Positions 54,401 through 64,000 of a stretch of 64,000 bases of DNA are shown one piece after another. The notes beneath the pieces were generated by a model, which did no database searches, was not told the origin of the DNA, and was given only the letters and a program-made list of their open reading frames with translations. The stretch comes from Octopus vulgaris (Eukaryota): NCBI GenBank assembly GCA_951406725.2, contig OX597815.1, forward strand, positions 111,166,001 to 111,230,000, given 5' to 3'. How positions within the stretch are numbered: the first letter of the stretch is position 1; every line of letters starts with the position of its first letter. Made by a program: the position numbers and the translations under genes.

Positions 54401-56059
54401 AAGAGAGTAGATTGTGATGGAAAGCAATTTAGCTGCTGTTTTTAGCAGATCGTGCGGCTACATAGAGGCTTGTTGGTTTGTAGGCAGGACGTATTTTATA
54501 TATGTCGATAATTTTCAAATTACAGCTAGATCATTTCATTCATCTACTTTTTAGTACATAAATCAATAGCCATTTTCTTTTTATATATGTATATAATTTT
54601 AAACTATTTGTTATCAGAGTCGATTTAAAATACGATAAATTATCGAGGGAAGCTCCGAGGTAAAAATTAAAAACTCTGAGAAAAAAGTAAATAATCGTTA
54701 ACGAATTTCGAAACAGTTGCCATTGTGAGGAAAAGATGACGATGATTGGTGGATATCAGTATGAAAACGCTCAATTTTCATTTGATTGAAAGTAAAAAAA
54801 AAAATTATTTCAGAAAGAAAAACGAAATAGATTTTCTCGTATTACCTTCTAAGAATGTATCATTGTTGATATATATCAAGCGAAATTAGCTATTTAATGG
54901 GATACTAGTACAATATTCTACATACAAATAAGTGTTGCAATAAATAGGAACAACCTGTGTATGATAGATGAGTTTGCAACTTCTCTCATACAGACAGACA
55001 CACACATACACATACAAACAAACACACATACATACATATATACGTACATTCATACATAAATACATACGTACATACGTAAATACGAGCATACATATATACA
55101 TACATACATACATGCTAATGACTTCTAGGCACGTGGTATTTTGTTATGTAACCATGTGTTCGGAGGCAAGTATGGATTAGATGAGTACTGATGAAGGGGA
55201 AAAACCTCACGAAATATGACACACACACACTCATTACCTATTTTTGTCTCCGATACGAAACGTTGTAGTAAAACTCATTGCTGGCTATACGTTTTCTAGA
55301 ATTTCTGTGGAAATAACCTTATCAAAATACATATACTTTAGCGAAATAATATTATTCTATTTTCTTTTTATACATTATACATATTGAGAGATATCTGGCA
55401 AAATCGTTAACGCGCTAGACATGATTTTGTGTGTTGTTTATTTACTTACCTTGAAGTTGTGCGTTCAGTTCCCAGTTGGAACGTCTTTTTTTTTTAATTC
55501 ATCCAAAGCCGACAAATATAAAATCAGCTATCATTGGACTGAATTTAATTGTTTGATTTCTCCACTAAATAGTACAGCCTGCGCCTCTACAGGAAATGAC
55601 ATCATGAATTTCGTGGCTCGTTATTCTTACGTTTAAATTTATTTCTTAATTTAACGCACTTGATAAATCCTGAATGCGATAGACTTATGGCATCACTGAG
55701 GAAATTACTTATCTGAATCAAACCCATTTGACCACCAGTGTGATTTCCTGTTTGATTCAAGGCTTTATGGGAATCATTTCTCTCAAAACAGCAATAAAAG
55801 GAAAAAGAAAATGAAATTTTTTCTTTACTAATAGAATATAACCAGCTGTTTGCCGCTCGAGCCAACTACAAAGCCTTTACGGTTTGTTCTACCTGCTAAA
55901 AGTAGACATCAGCCAAATCTCGTTGCCTCAAACCATATATTAAATAATACACTTCTAATGCAAATATATTTGAATCTACGAGAACATTATCACTATAGAT
56001 CTGCTCACTAACAGATTATTTGGAATCAAGCAACATCAACAAAATCCTCGACTTAAAAT

Positions 56060-56505
56060 AGTGGCAAATATGTTTTCGCTGGACCTGTTAGATACAGTGT
56101 CAAAATCATTTTTTGAAGTCATATGACTATTAGGTAACATATATGCTGAGATTAGGTATATGTTAAAATAGCAGCCTGACAATCAGATGGAAATGGTTAG
56201 AAAGGTTTTCATGACGATCCTGTAAAGTCAGAGCTTAGGAACAATGGCTACCATCATATATTATATCGTTATAGGTGGCTAATAATATATTGATCAATGA
56301 CGCAATCACGTGAACAAAATACAACACGTCATTATCTGAGCTGCTTCTCTTTAAATTCCTTAAGGCCATTCGAGCATATTTCTGAATATAATTTGGATCA
56401 AATCAGCATTAAATGGCATACATAACCAGAACGTCAATGGCAGAGTGTAAGTGGTAAGGAAATGGACTGGTGAAACACATCCTAAACTCAACAGAGCACT
56501 TACAA

Positions 56506-56561
<56 letters not shown>

Positions 56562-56771
56562 AGAGAGAGAGAGACAGACAGAGAGAGAGAGATGCAGAAA
56601 GAGAGACATACAGAATGAGAAGCAGGCAGAGAGAGATAAACAGAGACAGAATAAGAAGCAAAGACAGAACGGGAGGAGGCAAAAACTACAGTACTTGTCT
56701 ATCTATCTATCTATCTAACTCTATATATGCATACATACATGCATACATACATACATACATACATACATACA

Positions 56772-56807
<36 letters not shown>

Positions 56808-57200
56808 CTATACTATACTACACATATATACACACATATCTACGAACACCACATATGTGTACATAAATGCATGCTTGTATGCTCGCGAGTTAGTGGGAGT
56901 ATTGTATGAAAAAAGTAAAATAAAATCTCTATATTTCTATATCAACGTAACTGAGTAGTTTAATATGTTTATATTTTCTTTTTCACTGTTTTTGTCACTG
57001 AAATGATATGCACAAATACTTCTAATCTGAAAAGAATGTTCACATTTAACATTTCATTTTGAAGATAAGGACGAACTAGAGTATTGATGCAGCACGTATA
57101 TCTAGAACATTGATTATTGACTCAGAAAATTAATGTGAACTACTGCCGCTTGAACCTGCATTTACTAATGAATCTCTCACTAATATCGCATTATCTAACG
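56060..57200 (-). pseudogene. pPolB N-terminal fragment split by microsatellites
   Basis: NAGSS..RAASI..PYLQN.MLNV (57170-57030); IPNLSIYV (~56150). Confidence 0.38.
56512..56800. repeat. (GA)n and (CATA)n microsatellites
   Basis: Seen directly. Confidence 0.95.
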
Positions 57201-57209
57201 CTCCACTAA

Positions 57210-57520
57210 CTGACGCTCCGGTGCTTACGATGATGAGGGTTCCAGTGGATCCTATCAACAGAACCGCCTGCTAGTGAAATGAATGTGCAAGTGGTTGAGC
57301 ATTCAACAGACATGCTTATCCTCATGGAGAATCAGCGTGGCAGAGAGCGTGACATGGTTGGCCCTTTGAAATACAGATATTACTCATTTTTGCCAGCTGA
57401 CTGGATAGGATCAACGTGAAATAAAGTGTTTTACTGAAGGACTCAAACACGCCGCCAGGAATCGAACAGGCGGCTTACGACTGTGTACCGCGTACCCTAA
57501 CGACTAAGTCACGCCTCTTC
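57210..57520 (-). mobile_element. SINE family C
   Basis: Matches 46378-46670. Confidence 0.85.
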
Positions 57521-58544
57521 ATAATTCTTCTGTACAGTGACTAGATAATATGCCCTGCAACACTAATGGTTAGAACTGAAGCATAAGCTTAACCAATACA
57601 AAATTAGAAATGAAACGCCTACACTGTCCTTGTATATGTATATGCGTGTGTGTGCGTGTGCATGCGTGCTTGTATGTGTGCGTGCGTGCGTATATATATA
57701 TACATATATATACACACACACACATGAATATATATTCTGAGTAGGTTGGAATCATTCATAGACCAAAACAAAGGTTTTCTTGATAGGATCAGATGTTCCG
57801 GCATTCAAATCCACACTCACTTAAATGTACACACAAACTTACACACACACACTCACACACACATGTGTGCACAGTCACATCTACCTATAATTATGTGCAT
57901 GCAAACATATACATGTAATTTCATTACGAGTTTTTCAGTTTGGAATGTATCATTCATATCTATAACATTATATTAGTATTCAAAATCTAATGTATATAAT
58001 ATTAGCGATCAAGTGTTATAATATAATCCAACGGTATTTGTTACCTACTTAGGCACAAAGATATCACTTAACAAATCAGATGTCTAGCTTACCTGGCATG
58101 GTTAATTTCATTAATAATATTCTCGATATTTCCTGCTCAGGAAACAACTACTATTTCACATACCTAAATAATGTCTGAAGATGGTATAATATAATTGATT
58201 TCGTTTCAGTAAACAATGTACATCTACTCCATAATAACAAGTTTTACTTTCAAATTTGTCTAAAAGTAAAAATATAGAATTCTATATACAAAATTGCTGT
58301 AAAAAAGCTCATTCTTGCAAGTGCATATCCAAAAACATTATTTTCAGAAAGAGCAAATTGAAAGCACTTAAAGCAACTCGAAGGAGAATATATTAAATAA
58401 TCGACTTCTTACATGCAAATCTATAAATATTGGTATGACCATTAGGTTAAGGACATATTAAGATACTTTGAGAAAATAACACAGTTCTGAATAGCTACAA
58501 GAAGTTATATAACCACAAGAAAATACCTTGTAAATATATGTCCA

Positions 58545-58941
58545 CTAGCAGTATCGTCCGGCGTTGCTCGGGTTTGTAAGGGAAATAACTATATAAGCAT
58601 TTTCAGAGAGTTATAGCCAAAAGATAGGAAAAAAATGCATTAAAAATGGAAAAAAAAATTAAGGTAAATTTCTTTTTAAATCGTTGACACATCGTAGATA
58701 TTTTTAGAGAGTTACTTCCCTTATATAATAGCGAAAAAATGCATTAAAATGGAAAAATATGATGGTAAATTTTTTTAAATCGTAGACTCATCGTAGACGC
58801 GCGCTAATACCCAGAAGGGCTCGATATGACTCACGACTATAAGATACCCGGTTTTGGTTACACTGCACCGCAAAATGTGGGAGTAGTTAGGAATCTAAAT
58901 CGTAGGAGACAGACACACAACTTCACTCTTATATATAAAGA
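58545..58941 (-). mobile_element. Non-autonomous Helitron
   Basis: 5' TCTTTATATATAA at 58941; 3' hairpin cccgagcaacgccgga then CTAG (58548-58545); inserted between A and T; internal duplication. Confidence 0.9.
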
Positions 58942-59053
58942 TATAAGTCACGTAGTTATATACACATACTTTGTTATATACACATTCTTAAAAGAAAATG
59001 TTATTTTGAATACAACATTTATAAAGAATAAAATATTTTTTGGTTTTTCTTAA

Positions 59054-59760
59054 CCCTTTCGTTACTATATTTCTGACCAAAATACACCCCTTATGTGTTT
59101 CAATTAATTTCTAACGTAATCATAAATTTAGTCTGGTTTCATTAAACAACAATAACTTTTTTATTTATCAATATATTAACGTGAATTTTGGAAGATAATT
59201 TAATGAAATGTCCTCAACCAATTCTATACTATAATTTTTGTCACAAAGTGACTCTAATTGCAGGTAGATACAGGTAAATTCAACAATATATAAAATTATA
59301 AAAATTTTGTTCAAACATCGCTGTAGAAAATGGGTTATTAGCTAATATTCAATTGGGTATACAACAAAATTTTACGATAGAATTTGTTATTCTGGGTAAC
59401 TTTCTGATACCCATAATAATATTTATGTCAAAATAGGCCTTAATTTCATTTAAGGTTGTGGAAAACAACAAACTATCATTTCTTTCGTTTTGTTTACGTT
59501 TAGCGTAACGTTTCGTTTCCACCGTAATGATTTCAAATGGGCTCATTCGAAAAAGTAAATAGAAATAGTCTAAGGCTTTACTCTTCTGGGAAAGTCTGTG
59601 GCTTGGTGCAGTTTCTTCAGAAAAATCACCGAAAGAAACAGTTTTTAAATTTTCACTCCATTCAGGTACCAATTCGTTTTCTTTATCGCTGTCGGATTCA
59701 CTGTTTTCACTTTAATAGCTGCAAACTTGCAAAGACAAAGGAGGAGAAGGGTGATAGCGT
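59054..59760 (-). mobile_element. Internally deleted piggyBac transposon
   Basis: TTAA (59050-59053) followed by CCCTTT terminus; ORF 59349-59672 ALDYFYLLF..IITVETKRYA..TTLNEIKAYF..IIMGIRKLP (PGBD4-like N-terminus). Other terminus not found. Confidence 0.85.
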
Positions 59761-59799
59761 CAGTGAAACAATTCGCTCCCTTTGTGTGTGTGTGCGTTT

Positions 59800-60029
59800 G
59801 CGTGTGGTGTAAAACACATTAAGAAAAACATTTGACATACACACCAGAATGTGAGTTTTCTGTAAATTTTGCTTAATTGGAGTTTAAATTTTAAAAACTG
59901 GACCTGGCATGACCCGATGCATTCTACTCTTAAAAATGCTAGGTAAATTGTAATTGAAGTAATCCTATATTGTAGATTTCTATAAGTTACAAAGGGAGGC
60001 AGATAAAATCTGCCTTTTATAATAAGAGA
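59800..60029 (-). mobile_element. Helitron 5' end fragment
   Basis: Reverse complement starts A|TCTCTTATTATAAAAGGCAG; 3' end not found. Confidence 0.55.
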
Positions 60030-62463
60030 TAATACAAATATCCATCGGGTTCTACGATGTGTTATTTTGGGTTTTGAAATTGTAGTTTCTGTTTAGTTCT
60101 CAGTGCGTCTTGATTGAGAAAACTTTTGCTTAATGGTACATGATTATACTTTACATGTGTATCTTCTGTGAAAAATTTTCAGCCTATAGATTACTTATGT
60201 ATTTTCTCTCTTCATATCAGGAAATCATATTATTTTCGGCTGGAGCATTCAAGATTCTGAAATCCATTCTATCAATTCTATTTTGTAATAGAGTTCGGGT
60301 TGTTTCCTCTCCCCTTACTCTCTTCAACAATAACACCTACTAAATGCCATATCCACCAATGCCTTCTCCTCCCTAATCTTCCATACACAAGTTTTATTCA
60401 TTTGCAAATTTAGCACCACGATATAGTAATAACTGCTTCAGAAAAATTGGCTTTGTGCTTTGTGGTCGCAAAATATTTCAAACTCATTCCACTTCTAACT
60501 CTCTACAAAGCTCAGCTAAAGACTACTTCAGGGGTAATACTGGATACTATACAATTCAAAATAGTGATCTACGGGAAGTTGTGGTATACTTATCACTATG
60601 TTTTATACTGAAACTAAAAAAACCATAAATTTTCTAGGCACGAACCATTATTGAAAAAATATATATATACATCAGGTCTATTATGATAAAACGCTTAACC
60701 CTGAAATTCTATTATTATACAGCACTTGCGTTGTAATTATTGCTCCTTCACATTTTCCATACGATGTATCTATATTTACTTGACTAGCCCTAAGTATTTT
60801 TGAATAAATCTTCTATAATACTGTTACCAATAATGCATGTAGGCACCAACCATTGTATGTTTTTTAAACTTTCCTTTCTTTGAACACTACACACATTAAG
60901 AAGAACGAATTTATTGAGAATTCGTCTCTTAGTAAAATAGACAATGTAGTGCCAAAGATATACACAGTTAACCTTTCACTCTGTTGCAATCTAAGTTTTA
61001 TTTAAAAGATCAACTGGATTTCAGTGAGAAAAATGCTATATGGTGATTAATTTTTATGCAAAAGATATTTGCGATACCTCGATTATATAAAGTTTGATAT
61101 TCACTTAGCATCAGATTAACGAATTTAAATGGCATTTAAATTATTGATTCACAAGTTACTTAAATGAGATTATAAATATACTAAGTATCATAAAAGAAGA
61201 AAGTATATGGTGACCAGCAGAATGATAAATTTAAATAGAAACTAACCAGATTCAAGTATAATGATTCCCAAACTCTCTTGACTAAATACATTTTAACATT
61301 CGTTGCAATTCTTAATGACAATCGATAGCTCAATGAATTCTTGATTCCTTCCTAATAGAATCTACTGAGCAGAAAGAAAACGCAATTTTTCAATCAAGAT
61401 AAAAGCTTTCCTAAAATATTTCACTTAGTATATCTCCTCTTTTAAGTAATTTTGTTTAGAGTTTTTCAGCAGTTTGTTGGAAAATGAAATTACTTTATAT
61501 TTAATATCAAGTAATCATATCCAGTTTAGTTACCTCCGAACTTTCAGTAACTGATAGGTTTCTAAAAACACTGACATTTTGAACGGAAATCTCAAGGTGG
61601 CGATTTGATTAACTTTTCTTTTATAGGCTTATCAACTTGATTACTATATATTACAAATAATCCAGAGATGGATATTATGTAAAATCTTTATATTTTGAGA
61701 ATATGCGGCATATTTGCATTTAAATATAAACTTATAAGCTAACAACTGACGCGATAAAATATATAGAGAGAGAAGTGCAACCCGGATATGTCTCAAATAG
61801 GAAACTGATTAAAAAATTAATTTGGCAGCGTTTAGCATTAGAGTTTGAAATATGCTGCTTTAGTTTCATTTCCTATTAATTTACCGAACAATATTCGGTA
61901 GATATTTAATATCTTGTGAAAATCAAATTACTGTTTAACATATTACGTAAATATTATTTCCCTGCATCTTCAATTGGTAAGTTGAATATGTTTTCAGAGA
62001 AGTTGTAGATATTTAAGAAAGTAGACGTAAGTATCTTTACGAGGATTTGTGTTGCATTTGTAACTCTATTGACATTGCTTTTTTCAACAAGTCACACACA
62101 TGGGCATATGCACATTCATGCATGCACATATACCTATGCACCTAAATACAGCTCCTCTCATGCACATACATGATGGTAGTCTCTCGTACTTTGAGAAAGA
62201 CGGTTCTGTAATTTCTAGCTGAACATTCTGCACAAATTATTTGTTTGTAGTTATGGAATGTATGTGCAGTGTATTAGCACACTCCCTCTTTCAAGTCGAC
62301 TTTACCTGAATAGGTGCACCATACGTCAGTTATCTAAATGACTACAGAACAGCCTAAGTTGAAATGTTTTGCTCAAGAACATACCACACCACCTTGTCTG
62401 GGAATTAAAATACGATCTCGTGGTCTTCAGGGCGACACCCTAACCAGTAGAATAAGCGCTTTC

Positions 62464-62524
<61 letters not shown>

Positions 62525-62819
62525 ACACCCACACACACAAACACACACACACAAACACAAACATGCATATATATATATATTATTCTTTTATTCGTTTCAG
62601 CCTGCGGCTACGGTCATGCTGGAGCACCATCGTGTTTTTTTCTGATATCCTCAGTCTGGGGTGTTTCACATCACCATTCCTGTATGTGTTCTTCTCCCAT
62701 TTATTAGCCCATCTAGTGTATAAGGGAGTTTGATTCTGCTGTCCCCGTCTGCACCTCGGGCTGTTGTTTCATCCTGTATCGTGGAGAGAAGGATGCCTAG
62801 TTCTTTTTTAAAGACATCT

Positions 62820-63037
62820 ACTTACTCTTTTACTCTCTTTTACGTGTTTCAGTCATTTGACTGCGGCCATGCTGGAGCACCGCCTTTAGTCGAGCAAATC
62901 GACCCCGGGACTTATTCTTTGTAAGCCCAGTACTTATTCTATCGGTCTCTTTTGCCGAACCGCTAATTGACGGGGACGTAAACACACCAGCATCGGTTGT
63001 CAAGCAATGCTAAGGGGACAAACACAGATACACAAAC

Positions 63038-63091
<54 letters not shown>

Positions 63092-63275
63092 ATATATATA
63101 TATATATATACGACAGGCTTCTTTCAGTTTCCGTCTGCCAAATTCACTCACAAGGCATTGGTCGGCCCGGGGCTAAAGCAGAAGACACTTGCCCAAGATG
63201 CCACGCAGTGGGACTGAACCCGGAATCATGTGATTGGTTAGCACGCTACTTACCACACAGCCACTCCTGCGCCTT
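62820..63275 (-). mobile_element. SINE family A, full length
   Basis: Antisense complete copy ending ccacacagccactcctgcgcc. Confidence 0.92.
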
Positions 63276-63339
63276 ATGCAGATTTCTTTATTTTTGTGGC
63301 AGTGCATTGAAGCTGTGGGCCTTTGAACCCTACACTATT

Positions 63340-63560
63340 GCAGTGCCTGGTCTTGAATTTAGATGGAATGGGTGGTACCTTTGGTATAATACAATAGTGC
63401 TGGCATTGGTATAACACACAACGACAAAATTAGGTACTGGCCTGTCTAGAGTTTTCCATTTGTAGGTTATTGCATTGCCCCCATGCCCATACTCCATGAA
63501 GAAGGTGTAGTTTTCTCAGCCTATCCCGGTAGCTCATTCGCTGCACTGGTTCAGTTTTCT
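63340..63560 (-). mobile_element. CR1-like LINE 3' fragment
   Basis: MSYRDRLRKLHL. Confidence 0.55.
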
Positions 63561-63689
63561 TAGCTGTGTATTTTGTGTGTGTGTGTGTAAATGAGGGGTT
63601 GTGTATGGAGTTATATGTGCGTTTTTGCGCGTGTATGCGCGTGCCTGTGTGCGTGTATGCGCGTGCCTGTGTGCGTGTATATGTGTATA

Positions 63690-63837
63690 TACGACAGACT
63701 TTCAATTTCCGTCTACCAAATCCACTCACAAGCTTTTGGTCGGCCCGAGGCTAAGATAGAAGACTCTTGCCCAATGTGCAACGCAGTGGGATTGAACCCA
63801 GAATCACGTGGTTGTTGAGCAAGTCACTCCTGCGCCT

Positions 63838-63838
<1 letters not shown>
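63690..63838 (-). mobile_element. SINE family A, 5' half
   Basis: Antisense head and body. Confidence 0.85.
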
Positions 63839-63874
<36 letters not shown>

Positions 63875-63945
63875 CACTTGGGCATGGATACGTGGTGTTC
63901 AATTAAATGATAATATAAATAATATATATATATATATATATATAT

Positions 63946-63976
<31 letters not shown>

Positions 63977-64000
63977 GGGAATAAATCCAAACTTACAGGG

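Larger units (their letters stand above)
58020..62090 (+). pseudogene. Decayed pPolB relic 3 (endonuclease VII type), interrupted by Helitron and piggyBac insertions
   Basis: FSVRLD..F..TLHVY (60097), FCNR, MP..HKF.SF, DIVITASE (ExoI-like), FQTH, PLYVF, NLSFI, ExoIII-like FHLVYLLF*VILFRVFQQF (61419-61475; consensus YHDLYL.TDV.LLADVFE.F), FERKSQGG (61578-61601), ITNNPEM, KLLFNILRKYY. Confidence 0.75.

Noticed and set aside
58171-58230. Hammerhead-like ctgaagatgg
   Set aside because: No stem II or GAAA partner; lies within the pPolB frame.
59050-59760. Teratorn-like piggyBac-virus fusion
   Set aside because: The piggyBac is a small deleted copy inserted into the pPolB relic, and the herpes reading was rejected.
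60700-60865. Minus-strand totivirus RdRp motif B-like NGWCLHALLVTVL
   Set aside because: No GDD or motif A, and it is the antisense of pPolB relic 3.

Overview
AT-rich eukaryotic genomic DNA with dense microsatellites. The SINE, R4/Dong, Penelope and microsatellite profile resembles an octopus or other cephalopod genome (inference). I found no intact host gene, rRNA, tRNA or CRISPR array; almost all ORFs in the supplied track are microsatellite or transposon artefacts. Younger layers are tRNA-derived SINEs, CR1-like and R4/Dong LINEs, Penelope-like elements with hammerhead-ribozyme motifs, Helitrons, piggyBac and Chapaev3-like remnants. Main observation: much of the apparently unique DNA between these repeats translates by hand, across stops and frameshifts, into decayed Polinton/Maverick (adintovirus-like) genes. 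These comprise about 10 separate protein-primed DNA polymerase B (pPolB) relics of two architectures on both strands, a major-capsid relic, a possible minor-capsid relic, and a D5-like SF3 helicase relic head-to-head with a near full-length pPolB. A tRNA-headed, hammerhead-bearing SINE sits as a fold-back dimer inside one pPolB relic. All family assignments are by-eye matches to recalled consensus motifs, not database hits, and coordinates of decayed relics are approximate.
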